Shown: positions 25,401 to 40,600 of the stretch, piece by piece | How the letters are laid out: every line of letters starts with the position of its first letter | Position numbering within the stretch: the first letter of the stretch is position 1 | Source of the DNA: Dictyostelium discoideum | Lineage: Eukaryota | DNA: 64,000 nt | Reading direction: 5' to 3' | Assembly: GCA_000004695.1 (NCBI GenBank) | Contig: CM000154.2 | Coordinates: 4,640,001 to 4,704,000 of the forward strand | The notes under the pieces: generated by a model | What the model saw: only the letters and a program-made list of their open reading frames with translations | What the model was told of the DNA's origin: nothing | Database searches by the model: none | Made by a program: the position numbers and the translations under genes

Positions 25401-27213
25401 CAATGCTGTTTTTGATTCAACTGGACCAAAATTAACTTCTTTCCAAATTTCAAAAACAAAAATCGATGTAGGTTCACAAGATAGATCAATTACCTTTGAT
25501 TTTGCTGCACAAGATTTAGATAGTGGTTTGAAAGATGCTCAATTTCCAATTGTTTATTTAACAACTCAAAATCTTGATACTGCTCAATGTGTTTCTACTA
25601 TTGTTTCAAAAACAGATACATCTACTAATTATACATGTACAATTGATGTACCATTAGGTTTTTCTTATCCATTAGGTTTCACAGTATCAGTTTATGGTTT
25701 CATTAATAATGGTGGTTACTATTCTGGTTTCCCAACTGATGTAATTAAATCAATTTCACCAAATGCTTGGTATGTTTCAACAGATCAATATTCAATGGAT
25801 ATTCCAATCATTACAAGTTCAACAGTAATAACAAATCAAGGTGGTAATTTATGGTTAGGTGGTAGAGGTTTTAATTTTGTAGATGAAATTAAAATTACTT
25901 ACTCACCATCCAATATAGTATATAAACAAGTTTCAACTAATAAATTTAATAGTGCTTTATTAGTTTCTGATATTATTTCAACAAACGATCCATTTACAAT
26001 TCAACTCACAAATTCATCACCATTAAAACAATCAAATATATTTACAATTAATCCAGTATTATACTTTTTTAATTATACTGATCCAATTCCAACTACTTCT
26101 CCAACTCCAACTACTTCTCCAACTGTAGCCCCAACTAAATCACCAATTCCAACTAATCCTCCACAAAAATGTAAAGGTAATCCAGAATGTGGTGGAGAGG
26201 ATAAAGGTGCTTGTACAAGTAAAGGTTGTATTTGTTTCACTCCATGGTTTGGTCCGGATTGTAGTTCAAAATTAGTTGAAGTTGTACCACCATTAATTAA
26301 TGGTACTGGTCCATCTGTTGAAATCCCAACTCCTGGAGGAGAAGGTGGTTCATCAACAACAAGTGGAGGTTTACCACCACAAATAATTTATAAAACATTA
26401 GTTTCAGTTGTTTCATTAAGAGAATTAGATTTTAATGGTAAAGCAATAAAAACTATACCATTAAATTCATGGGAATATACTGAAATAAACTCAACAATTA
26501 GTCGATATGATACAATATTAACAATTGAGGGTAAACAAGAAAAAGTTAATGTAACTACAGTAATGCAGTGGTTTGATAAGAGTTCAACAATAGTTTTCGC
26601 AGGTCAACAATTAAAAATGAATCCATCAACTATTAAATTCAATATTGACATTTCAAGTTACCCTTTTTCACAAGCATTAAATCAACTTCAATTAGTAATG
26701 TCTGCAACATTAATTTCATCTGGTAATGATAATAGTGATATATGTTCATCAAAATCATTTGGTGATACAACAAATGGCGATGATTCAAACTTTATAAAAT
26801 TGCAAGTTGATGATCATTCTGTTTATGGTAGATTCTTAAAGAGAGCAATCGTTGATGATATCATTATTAGTGTTGATAATGTTTTATTAGATAGTTCATT
26901 AAATTCAATTGAATCAAATACACATACTCAACAATCATTTATTGGTATTAATATTCCACATTTTAGTAGACATGTTTCAATTGATCCTGATTTTTCACTT
27001 TTAATTGATCAAAATCCTGCATCAAAGTCAAGTGAAAATTCAATATGTTCAAATGATTCTGGTTTATCAAAAGGTCAAATTGCTGGTATTGTAATTGGTG
27101 CCACTGGATTTGCAGCAGTTGTATTTGTTAGTGCACTTTATTCAATTCACAAAACTAGATCAAACAAAAAAATGATTTCCAATATCTCAAAAAAATTAGA
27201 AACAATTAAATAA
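22421..27213 (+). CDS. Multi-exon gene for a secreted/type I membrane glycoprotein with an EGF-like module and a C-terminal TM anchor (about 6 exons)
   Basis: N-terminal signal peptide MMNKIVYLLFFFIILNVGFVYS. Exon ends at GTAATT/GTAAGT donors (about 22776, 23258, 23652, 24043, 24475) with aaag|/tag| acceptors. Last exon 24567..27213 has a Cys-rich EGF-like 'CKGNPECGGEDKGACTSKGCICFTPWFGPDCS', a Thr/Pro linker, a TM segment 'IAGIVIGATGFAAVVFVSALY' and a basic tail. Exon boundaries are approximate. Confidence 0.45.
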
Positions 27214-27659
27214 AAAAAAAAATAAAAAAATATAGAGAATAATAAAACAAAAATTTATTTTTTTTTAATTAATTAAAATGTATAACACTATTAAAAAAGG
27301 ATTTTCAAATATATGCTGGACCAACATAAAATCCAACATATATAATTATTGGACTCCACTTTGAGTTTTTATTTTCATCACAAAAATAATTTTTATTTAT
27401 ATTTTCATTTATTTTTGTTGTTTTTGATTTATTAATTTGGTTAATTGAAATAATTGATTCTTTTTTTTTTTTTTTTTTGTGAAAAATAATAAAAAGTTTT
27501 ATATATTAGAATAAATAATTTTTAATTTTTATATATAAAGAAAATAACTTACTAAACAATGACATTTTTTTATTTTATTTATTTTCTTTTAGATATGAAG
27601 AACATGGTTTTTATAAAATAAAAATGATTTGTTTATATAGTTTTTTTTTTTTTTTTTTA

Positions 27660-27698
<39 letters not shown>

Positions 27699-28573
27699 TA
27701 CCATTATTTGTTTGGTTAGATTTTTATCTATTAATAAATTTATAGAATATTTTTTATTCAACTTTAAAATAGCCAAAGCATGGTGTAAATTTTATAATTT
27801 TTTTTTTTTTTTCCAAAAAAAAAAAAAAACTATTAAAAATAAAAAAGTAATATCAAAAGAACACAAGCATATACCAACATTTTAAAAATTCATTGTAGTG
27901 GTAAATAAAGTGTGGTAGCATGTGGTTGAATTTTTTAAACCCAATATAAAAAAGTAATAAAACATAATTAATGATTCTCTAAAAAAAGGAAAAAAAAAAA
28001 TTTATAGATAAAGCATGGAAAAAAAAAAAATAAAAAAATTGAATCCACAGATCCATAAATTTATAAACATTTTATTTTTTAAAAAAAAAAAATTTAATCT
28101 TGTACAATCAAAACAAATAATTAATATGATTTTTAATATCATCATAAACAAAGAAATAAAAAAAAATAAAAAGAATGGGTATTAAGTTCTTTTAAATATA
28201 TGGATCGATAATTAAAAAAGGTTGTTTAAAAAATTTATTTTGGAAAATTAACAATTCAAATAATGAAGAATTTAAATCATTTTTTATTAAATTAATATTA
28301 TTTTTTAAAAAAATTTATCATTTATGGAAATAAATAAAAAAATAAAAAAAAAAAAAAAAAAGCTTTTAAAAACAAATAAAAATAAAATAATTTTTAATTT
28401 TAATTAATTATATATTTATTTTTTTATTTATTTTTTTATTTTTTTATTTTTTTATTTAGTTATTTTTTATTTATTTTATATATTTATTTTTTCTAAAAAA
28501 TATTAATTATCTTTTTTTTTTTTTTAATAATTTTTTTTTTTTAAAAAAAATTAATTATTTTTCACAACTCACT

Positions 28574-29371
<798 letters not shown>

Positions 29372-30840
29372 TTTTATTTTACTATATTTTTATTATTTTT
29401 ATTAAAATATAATTATAATTGATAAATAAATGGTAGAAATAAATAAATGATAGAAATAAATAAATTAACTATATAAATAAAAAAAAAGAAAAAAAAAAAC
29501 AAAAAAAAAAAAAAAAATAGTAATAATAAAAGTAAAATAAATTGAAAAACAATGAGTGGGTTGTGTTAAATATTTTTTAATTATTTTTATTCAAAAAAAA
29601 ATTGAATAAATTACTCTTTAATTTTACCACCTTTTTTTTTAAATGTTGCTTTATTAAAATGAAATTTTCTTTTTGGTACTTTATTATAATTAAAATAAAA
29701 TAAATATTAATAAATGTAAAATTTTATAAAATAAATATTATTATAATAAAAGTAATAATAAGGTTAGATTGATTTGATTTCTTGAAATTAATAACGAAAT
29801 TAATAACGAAATTAATTTGATTTCTAAAAAAATGTTTTTTTTTTTTCTATTTTTAGTGTAAAAAAGGGGGAAATAATTTATTTTATTTTAATTAATAAAA
29901 TAATAATAATTAATATTATTAAATTAAATTAAAAAGGAGTTAATAATCTTTTTAAAAACAAAATATAAAATAATTAAAATTATTCAATAGAGATTGAAAT
30001 CTCAGATAGGGTAGTATATTGAATAAAAAAAAAATAAAAAAATAAAAATAAAAAAATTAAAATAATAATAAAAATAAAAATAATAATAAAAATAAATGGA
30101 ATTATACTTTTTTGAATGTTAACCTTATTTGTAAATTATCAACTTATTTTTATTTGTAAAAAATAATTATATATGCTGTTAGTGCTCTTTTTTTTTAATT
30201 GAGTTTTTTTTTTTTGTGTTTTTTTTGTGTTTTTTTTGAGTGTTTTTTTTTTTATTTTAATACCATAAGGGGTATAAGAATTATGTTGTTGTTTTTTTTT
30301 TTTTTTTTGAGTGGTTATTTATTTTTGTGGTAGAGTGAGTATTTGTATCATTTTTTTTCTATTATTATAAATGTAGAATCGAAATTACAAAATCTCATAT
30401 CCTAGATATATTGCTTTGAATTTCTTTTTGTCAGTTATATGTAGAGTTTATAGGATCATAAATGGGACTAATTATAGAGTTTAATTTTTGAATATAAAAT
30501 TAAAAAAATTATTATTGATTTTATTTTTTTATTAAAAAAACTTCAGCGAAAGTGTTCAACTTGAATATTTTGACAATAGCAAATAGTAAATTTCTTGATT
30601 TTCTCCTAATGAATTAATTTTTGATTTTTTTGATTTCATAATTTTATTTTTATCAAAAGAAAAAAAACAAAATGAAAAAAAAAAAAAATAATAAAAATCA
30701 AAAAAAAAAAAAAAAAATTTAACATTGCTTTTTATTTTTTAATTATTAATTTAATTAAAATCAAAAAAAAATAAATAAAAAATAAATAAAAAATATATAA
30801 ATATAAATATTAAAAAAAAAAAAAAAAAAAAAAATCAACA

Positions 30841-31197
30841 ATGGAAATTTCCAAATTACTAAATAAATATAATAAATCTACTTTCTCATTACAACATAAC
30901 TTTGTTTCATATAGAGAAAAATTAAATTTAAAAAGCCATCAACAAAAACCTCAACAACAAATTCAATCATCTTTTGTAAATAATCATTATATTAGTAATA
31001 GCCAAGAATGTTTAAATGAACAATCAAATAAAATCAAAAAATGCCGTCACTTTGGCTGTAATAAACCTCTCCATACTAAGCATCGTAGAAGACACGAGAC
31101 AAGTGTCTTTCACCAAAGAAGACCATGTCCTCCAGATTGTTTGGCTTGTACTGGTGAATTCAAGAAAGGAAGACAAAGAATTAATTATAAAAATTAA
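30841..31197 (+). CDS. Small basic protein (118 aa) with a C-x-H-x2-C...H-x3-H...CPP-x-C-x2-C motif
   Basis: ORF 'KKCRHFGCNKPLHTKHRRRHETSVFHQRRPCPPDCLACTG'. Shares this Cys/His spacing with 32145..33101. Confidence 0.4.
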   Translation: MEISKLLNKYNKSTFSLQHNFVSYREKLNLKSHQQKPQQQIQSSFVNNHYISNSQECLNEQSNKIKKCRHFGCNKPLHTKHRRRHETSVFHQRRPCPPDCLACTGEFKKGRQRINYKN

Positions 31198-32144
31198 TCA
31201 TTAAAAAAAAAAAAAAAAAAAAAAATCTCAATTTATTTAAACAAAAATTAATAAAAAAAAAAAAAATGTATATTATAACCTCTTTTTAATTATTTATTGT
31301 AAGTTTCTATTTTTAATTTTTTTTTTTTTTTATTATTTCATTTTTTTTTTTTTTTTTTATTATTCAATTTGTTTTTGTTTTTTTTTGATTTATCAATATT
31401 ATTGTTAATTTGAATTATTTCGAATTAACCCACACACTCACTCACACACCTCTACCACACATCCTGTCAATTTTTTACTTTTATTTTTTTTTTTTTTATG
31501 ATATAAAATTACTTGTTTCTATTATAATAATAATAATAGTAGTACTCGATCTATAAATTCGATAATGAGCGGATAATATAAATACAAAAAAAAAAAAAAA
31601 AACATATAAAAAAATTAAACTTTATGTGTATACCAGTTTTTACAAACACAAAAAACAAGTTTTTATTAAAAATCTAATGGGGTGATATTATTTTATGGGT
31701 TGTTCTAAAAATAAATCCTATAGGGAAGTTGATATTGATTATTTATATACATGTAAACTTTTTTATATTAAAAATTTTGTGTCAGGGTGAATTTTCTAAA
31801 TTATACCATATAGTAAATAACAATAGCAAATATATTTTCATATGAATAGAATAAAATAACAAGACCAAATGTTGATTTCAATTTTTTCACGTAAAAAAAT
31901 AAAAAAAGAAATAATTAAAAAAATAAAAAATAATAATTAAAAAGAAAATTAAAAAAAAAAAGTACTATTTATATAAACAAATAAATAAAAAAAATATTCA
32001 TTTTGATTATTTCCAAAAAAAAATATAAAATAAAAAATTAATTATTGAATAAATAAATTAATTTTAAAAATAAACAATAAAATTTATTTAAACTATACAC
32101 ATTTTTAAAAAAAAAAAAAATAATTAAAAAAAAAAAAAAAAAAA

Positions 32145-32563
32145 ATGAATATAAATTCATTAATATTAAAAGAATCACAAACATCTACATCACCATCAAA
32201 GGTTACTGCATATGTTTCACCATTGGTAACCTCTAAACATCAATCATCAAGATCAACATATAACTCATCCCCAACACCATTTTCACCAATTTCTCCAATA
32301 CCATCACAATCACCATCACCATTCCAAATTTCTCCAATTGGTTCACCATCACCATTACCATCACCAATTATATTAAATCCATTTTTAAATAATTTTGATG
32401 AAACAAACAATTATAATAATAATAATAATATTAATAATTATAATAATAATAATAATTATAAAACAACTAATACCACAACTACAACAATATCCACTAATTT
32501 TAATAATAATTATAATTATAATTATGAATCAATACAAGCACCAACACCATCATCATCATCACC

Positions 32564-32595
<32 letters not shown>

Positions 32596-33101
32596 TGTCA
32601 AATTTCAACGTCAGTAATAATAATAATAATTATAATAATAATCAAACAAATTATAAATGCAAACATATTAATTGTGAATATTTAAAAAAGTCATTCAGTA
32701 CTGAACAAGCATTATCAAGACATAATGGATATGATCATAATTGTCCACCATCTTGTAATCAATGTTTAAAAAATCAAAATAAAAAAATCAGAAATAATAA
32801 TAATAATTATTTTAAAAACAATTATAATAATTTTGATTATTATAAAAATATTGTTAATAATAATAATAACAGTAATAATAATAATCCATGTCATGTTATT
32901 GTACCACATGTATCAAATACTCACAACCATCCACAAGAACAACAACAACAACAACAACAATCTCAAATAATTTCATCAAATCCAAACCAAAATTCAAATC
33001 AATTTATTGATTCTCAACAAGGTTATGTTAACTTTAAACTTGATTCCACAAATAAAAAATTAAAAACTACACATTCTGTAAATTTAAACAATAGCCAATA
33101 A
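32145..33101 (+). CDS. Low-complexity Ser/Pro/Asn-rich protein (318 aa) carrying the same Cys/His motif (YKCKHINCEY...HNGYDHNCPPSCNQC)
   Basis: Long ORF; paralogous motif to 30841..31197. The internal ORF 32395..32685 is an alternate-frame artefact. Confidence 0.45.
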
Positions 33102-33182
33102 TAACCAATAATAACAACTATTTATTATATTTATTTATTTATTTATTTATTTATTTATTAATTATAATTTATTTAAAAATAA

Positions 33183-33229
<47 letters not shown>

Positions 33230-33269
33230 GCCACTACTTTTTTATTATTATTATTAAATTTTATTAAAT

Positions 33270-34949
33270 TTATTTATTTTTTAATTTATATAATGCCACT
33301 TTTTTATCTATATTATTTGATCTTTCTACTAAAGTTGGATGAGAATGATGATAGGCACTATATAATGGATCATAAACTAAACAACCCAACTCTTTAAAGT
33401 GTAATTTGAATAAATGATTACTATTTAAGAAACCCAATTCAACAGCGAAATCATCAGCTTGGAATTCATATTTTCTAGAGAAAATATTGATTAACAAACT
33501 AAAGATACGGTCAATTGGTGAATATAAAAACATAAACAATGTTAAACCAACCAATACAGAATCCTTTGATGAAACGAATCCAAATTGTTGATATAATTGA
33601 TCATCATTAATCAATAAACTGAATGCATATAATAATGTAACTAAATGAACTTGAACCAATAACATTTGTTTCAATGTATGTGACATTTTATAATGTCCAA
33701 ATTCATGACCCATTACTGCTAATAATTCTTCTTTATCTAATTCATTAACCAATGTATCATATAATACAATTCTTTTTGTTCCAAATAATCCATAAAAATA
33801 TCTATTTAAATAAAAAAAAAAAAAAATTAAAAACAAAATTAATTTTATTTTCCTATCATCTTTTTTTTTTTTTTTTTTTTTTTAAAAAAAATATAATAAA
33901 TGTATACATACGCATTCATATGGCCATCTCTCTTTGAATTATCAACTACAAAAATTGTATCTTTTGAAGCTGGGAAACCAACTCTTTTAGCTAATGCAAA
34001 GATTGATTCTGCTAATTCTCCATCGACTGGTGTAAATTTGTTAAATAATGGTTGAATAAATGTTGGATAAATTGTAATTGATAATAATGTAATTGCAACT
34101 AATAATAACCAACAATCTAAAATTATATAAAAAAAAAATAATAATAATAATAAGAATTTATTAAAAAAATAAAATTAAAAATAATTATTATAATAATAAT
34201 AAAATATATAAAATTTAATAACCTACAAAACCATAATTGTGGACCTGACCAATTTATTATAAAAATTGCCAATGATAAAATTGGTAAACCAAAACCTATC
34301 ATTAAAAGTGTTGAAATTATTTTATCTTTTATAAATAATGTACGAGTCATACGATTATATCCGAATTTCTCTTCTAAAATGAATTGATAATAATATGAAA
34401 ATGGAATTTCTGTTATTACTGATACTCCAACTGTAAATGCAAAGAAAAAACATGATCTAATAATCTATATATTGTAAAGATAATAATTTTATTAATACAC
34501 TATTTATGATGATGATGATGATGATTATTATTAATAATTACCTCATTTGGATAACCAATTTTCTCTGCTAATTCAAGTGATAAATTCCAAAAATATGGGT
34601 AAACTGGATAATAAAATGAAAGGAGTGTTGTTAAAACTTGAATTGTTGATGTTAAAGTTTTATAATCTCTTTTTTTTTTTTTTTTTTTTTTATTATTGTT
34701 AAAATAAAAAATTAGTAATTTGTAATTTTTGATTTTATTTTTATTTTTATTTTATTTTTTAATCGCATACAATTTAGCTTTACTATATTCTTGTGATTTT
34801 TTGAAATCTTCTTGCGTTATTCTATCTTTACAATATTCTGGGACTTTAGTTAAATTCTTTAATAATTTACTTTGTCTAAAATTCAAATAAAATGAATAAA
34901 AGTGCTCTAATAAAAAGAATGAAATCGAAATGATAAAATAATTTACCAT
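33270..34949 (-). CDS. zmpste24: CAAX prenyl protease 1 (Ste24/ZMPSTE24 homolog), at least 5 exons
   Basis: HEXXH zinc site 'AVMGHEFGHYKMSH'; 'VVDNSKRDGHMNA|YFYGLFGTKRIVLYDTL' restored by splicing (GTATGT donor about 33907, atag| acceptor about 33817); C-terminal 'YEFQADDFA...DPLYSAYHHSHPTLVER'; N-terminal exons encode 'NFRQSKLLK...', 'DYKTLTSTIQVL...YPYFWNLSLELAEKIGYPNE' and 'EEKFGYNRMTRTLFIKD', collinear with the human/yeast Ste24 membrane-topology regions. Confidence 0.75.
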
Positions 34950-35390
34950 TTTTAAAAAAAAAATATATTTATATAAATATTATATTATATAATTATTTAT
35001 TTATTTATTTGTGTTTATTTATTTTTATTTATTTATTTATTGATGTGAAGTGATTTCTAAAAAAATAAAATAAAATAAAATAAAATTCCAAAAAAAAAAA
35101 AAAAAAAAAAAAAAAACCCCTGAAAAAAAAAAAAAAAAAATAAAATAAAATAAAATATATTCACATTTTTAGAGAGAATTTAAAAATATTACCATTTTTA
35201 TGAATCAATTAAATCCATTTGTGGAAATTTTTTTTAATTAAAAAAAAGTAAATATATTAAAAATTAATATATTTACTTTTTTTATTTTTTATTTTTTATT
35301 TTTTTGCCCAAGTTTTGATGACGATCATCACCTTTCATAAAAAAAAATTAAAAAAATTAAAAAAAAAAAAAAATTAAAAAATTAATTTTG

Positions 35391-35421
<31 letters not shown>

Positions 35422-35466
35422 TTTTATTTTTATTTATTTAATTAAAAAAAAAAAAAAGAAGAGATA

Positions 35467-35747
35467 ATGCATTCTTTATCGCAAAGAGCCAATACAATTG
35501 TTTGCTTTGGTGGCATTGTTTTAGTTGGAGTTTTATTATTAAATGTTTTAAGTAGAGCATTTTTTTCCGATCATGTAGATGTAGATATAAAATTAAATGA
35601 AATTCACAGATTGTAAATATATCATCAATTCATTCATATACAACAAATCATATAATATATATTATTATATACATAATCACACACACATACCACACATATG
35701 TTAACATATTAATAATAAATACACATATAAATCAATTCTATTATTAA

Positions 35748-35781
<34 letters not shown>

Positions 35782-36080
35782 AAAGTAATACCCAACGTAA
35801 TTTCGAATATTCATTCATTTCAATTGATTTAGACGCAAATTTAGAGCCATTATTTAATTGGAATACAAAGATGTTATTCCTTTATGTTACAGCAGAATAT
35901 AGGACTAAACAAAATGTATTATCTCAAGTTGTCGTGTGGGATCATATTCTCACTGAAAAATCAAAAGCAAATATTCATGAAAAGCGTCTTTCAAAATACC
36001 CAATCATAAATCAAGGCTTAGGTTTAAAGTATGATAATCAATTTATTAATAATAACAATAATAATAATAATAATAATAAC

Positions 36081-36161
<81 letters not shown>

Positions 36162-36355
36162 CATAATATTAAATATATATTGACCCCACCTCCTTTTTTT
36201 TTTTTTTTAATATTTTATAAAAATCATTCAGAAATAATACAATTAAGCTCACTTTCAATTATAATGTTGTACCAATATCAGGAATTTTAACAAGACATCA
36301 AGTAGGTACGAGTGAATTTAAATTCCCAACAACCTACATGAAAGAGGCTTATTAA
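35467..36355 (+). CDS. spcs3: Signal peptidase complex subunit 3 (SPC22/23 homolog); exons 35467..35612, 35786..36028, 36232..36355
   Basis: MHSLSQRANTIVCFGG... N-terminal anchor; 'NWNTKMLFLYVTAEYRTKQNVLSQVVVWDHIL' matches SPCS3 '[32 protein letters not shown]'; C-terminal 'KLTFNYNVVPISGIL'. Intron 2 (GTATGA donor at 36029, ttcag| acceptor at 36231) removes the (AAT)n tract that the ORF track reads as poly-N. Confidence 0.7.
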
Positions 36356-36691
36356 AAAAAATAATAAAAAAAAATAAAGAAAAAATAAAATAAATAAAAA
36401 AAAAAATAAAAAAAAAAATTAAATAAAATATATGTATAATAAATAATAATATAGTTATTTATTATTATATTGATCATCATTTGTTTTTAAAATAAAATAA
36501 TTATGTTTATTAATATTAATACACATAATCATTTTTTGACTAAAATTAAAATAAAATTAAAAATAAAAATAAAAAAAAAAAAAAAAATAAAAAAAAAAAA
36601 AAAATCAAATAATTTGAAAATTTTTTTGAAGTTGTGAAAAACCAACCGATTTTTATATTTTTTTATTTCAAAATAAAAACAGTTCCCAATA

Positions 36692-36840
36692 ATGCCAAAT
36701 AATAATAGTACCAATGATAGCAACAATGATATAGATAAATTGATATCATCTTGCATTTATGGTCAAATACCTATAAATTTAGTAATCAATTGGTTATCAT
36801 CTACAAAAACTAATAAATATAATTCAATAAATGATGTATG

Positions 36841-36874
<34 letters not shown>

Positions 36875-36929
36875 ATTTAATATATTTTTTTTATTTTTAG
36901 ATTATTAATTATTAATTAAAAATTTGCAC

Positions 36930-36961
<32 letters not shown>

Positions 36962-37601
36962 ACTATATATTATAGTATCAATCATTTAAAGAATTTAATA
37001 TATCACCTGTAACTTTTTCTCATTATTTTGTAGAATATTTAAAAAATCATTATATTTCATTCATTGAAAATTTAAATAATAATAGTAATAATAATGAAAA
37101 TAGTACAGTTTTACCTTCACCTTCAATTCCAAAAATTGTAGATGATTTCCCACCTTTAGCAAAGAAACAACCAAAAGAAAATAATAATAGTAATAATAAT
37201 AATAATAATAATAATAGTATATTCCCAAATTTAGAAAATATGAAAAAATCTACAATTCAAGAAATTGAAAATACAGTACATATATATACAACTATTATAT
37301 TTAATAGGTTATATTCTACAACTTTATTAACTGAATTACATTGGATAATTAAATTCCTCACAACACTACAAATTGAAATTTATAAATCACCACCACCACC
37401 TAAAAAAGCAATAATAATAGTACCATCTCCTACATCAATCTTTGAAAATATAGAAAGTTCACTTTTATTCATAATTAAACAAATTAAATCAATTCTACCA
37501 CTACTTCAACTTTTAGAACCAAATTTTTTAATACAATTATCTGAAAATCAATTGTAAGTAGTACAATAGCTATTGTTATATTTATTACTATATTTAGTCG
37601 C

Positions 37602-37671
<70 letters not shown>

Positions 37672-40600
37672 TTACTAATTTGTACACATGTATATTTATT
37701 TATTTATTTATTTATTAATTTAGACTAAATCATTATGAAGCAACATTATGTAAAAGGTTAAATGATATTAGTATTTATCAAAATGAAGAATATTCAAATA
37801 TAAATCAAAAATCAGATTTTAATAAGAATAATATAAACTTTAGGATAGCATCACCATTTAGAAGTGAAATGGATTTTCAAAAAAGATTAAGAAAATCTGA
37901 AGATCAAAGTATATTAAGTAATAGAGAGAAATCATTTGACCAATTTCATGAATTAATTAGATTATTTCAATTAGATTATAAACAACAACAACCAACACCA
38001 CCACCACCACCATCAGTTTCACAACAACAGCAACATGGTAATAGTACAGAATTTGAATATAAAACTAAAGAATTCTTCAACTTGTTACATAAAAGTAATA
38101 TTTGGTGGTTTTGTGATTTATTCATTGACAAATACATTCAATCAAGTAACATATATAATTCAACAAGTAGTACTAGTAATAATAATAATAATAATAATAA
38201 TTTTAACACAGCAGCAACAACAGTAGCAGGAAATACAAACACTACAACAACTACAGTTAATAAAATACCAAATTTAGCCGAGACAATAGCATCAACAATG
38301 TCATTAACACCATTAAAAGGTGGTAGTAATTCATCAACATTTACACCATCAACACCAACTCAACCTGCTGCATTAATACCCGCTGATAAAATGCAATTAC
38401 TTCAAAAAAGATTAGATACTTCACCACATAAATCACAACAACAACAACAACAACAACAGCCATCCACTCAACACCACCATAATCACCATAACCATAATCA
38501 CCACCATAATCATAATCACCAACAATACCAACAACAAAATAACCAAAATAATTCAAATAAAGAGAATTTAATCAACTTTTCAAGACCCCCATCATCATCA
38601 TCATCAACAAATGCTAAACAAACAAACTATAATTACAATCAAAAGCAACAACAACAACAACAACCATCATCATCACCACATAGTAACAAAATAAATAATA
38701 ATAATAATAATAATAAAGAAAAAGAAGAAGAAAATCAATATAGTTATTTAAATAAAAATATTCAATCAATTGTATTAAAATTTTCAAGTAAAGAAAGATT
38801 TTTTATAAATATGATTATAAATTATGATAGTAATACATTTTATCATCATTTGGAATGTAGTATCATTGAAAAGATACAAATACTTCAATATTGTCAATGC
38901 TCGAATTCAGTTCATTTTAATTTACACTATCCAGATAATTTTGAAAGGATACAAAATTTGAAAAAGTTATCGAAATTGTTATCATTGCTATACCACTTGC
39001 CAACTATACAATATACAAGTTATAATATGTCATTGTTAATACCAAACTTTAATGAAATCTCTAAACGTGCAAATACAACCTTACCACTTCCATTGGACAT
39101 GAAACAATTACTCTTTCAATCCATTCAAACTGATCAATTATTATTATCAATACCATTAGTTATTGAATTCTTAAAAATTAGAGACTCAATTTCAAAAGAG
39201 AATCAACAATTAAATGATTTATTAAATTTACTTAAAAATATTTATAATTTACCAAATTTATTAATAACTTTACAACAACAACAACAACAACAACAATTAC
39301 CATCATCAATAATAACACCAACACCAACTACACCAATAAACAATACACCTGTAACACCATCATCATCATCATCATCACCGACAACAACAACAACAAAAAA
39401 AAATAATATCGATACAACAAATAGTGGACAACAATCATTATTTACAGCATTATATATTACATTTGAGTTGGAGCAATTCTTTGAAGAGATTAAAGTTAAT
39501 CCACATCAATTTAATCATGTATCATTACCATTTAAAGTGAATTCACCTTTAAAAAATACAATTTCATCACTCTCACCTTCACCTTCACCTTCACCTTCAA
39601 ATCTAAATAATAATAATAATAATAATAATAGTAGTAATAGTAATTTCATTACACCACCAACAACACCAACTAAACAACCACAAACCCCAACAACTCCAAA
39701 TAACAATAATAATAATAGTAATAGTAGTAGCAATAGTAGTAGCAATAGTAATAATCAAAATAATGCAAATTCAAGTTTATTAATTGATAATAATTCAAAA
39801 ATTGTATATAATTTACTTTGGCCATCAAATAATATGATCATCAATAATAATAATAATTATAATAATAATAATGGTTTATCAGATTTAAAGAGATTATTAA
39901 ATGAACCAATTGAATTTAAAAAACAACAAGAAATTGCTGCTGCTGCTGCTGTTGCTGATTTAAAATTAAAACAAGAAAAAGAAAAAGAAAAAGAAAAAGA
40001 AAAAGAAAAAGAAAAAGAAAAACAATCTCAAAGTGGTGCACCACCACCACCACCATCAACTACAACAACTAATACAACTACAGAAGGAATGGATGCAATT
40101 AAAACTACTACAACCAAAACATTAGTACCAAGACGTATTACACCAATGTTAAAGAATAAATCGAGTAGTATGAGTATTTCACCAACATCAACGATTGATG
40201 ATATAAAAGAATCACCATTACAACATCAATTAGAATGGTGGTATTTTTGGAATCATCCTTCAATTGCAAGAATTTCAAATTTACTATCAGAAACTTTATT
40301 ACCTTTCTTTTCTGAAATGATTTTTAATTTATCAATACCAATAATAATGAATCATTCAAATGAATATGTTAAACAAATTATTATTGAATTATCAACTCCA
40401 TCATCATCAACTCCATCATCAACAACAACAACAACAACAACAACAACGGTATCACCATCATCAAATACTTTATCATCATTATTATTAGATTCAAATAGAT
40501 TACAAGGATTAATTAATACAATTTATAGTAAAGTTAAAATTGAAGCAAGTAAAAAAGTTGAATTCTATTGTATTGAAAATATTAAAACACTTGTATTATT

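Noticed and set aside
32395-32685. ORF 32395..32685 (poly-I/poly-H)
   Set aside because: Alternate frame of the (AAT)n and (CAT)n tracts inside the real 32145..33101 CDS.
38035-39745. Short ORFs 38035..38226 (+), 38341..38556 (-), 39515..39745 (-) and 41390..41626 (-)
   Set aside because: Alternate-frame or antisense readings of homopolymer-coding tracts (poly-Q/N/T) within the 37724..42458 exon.
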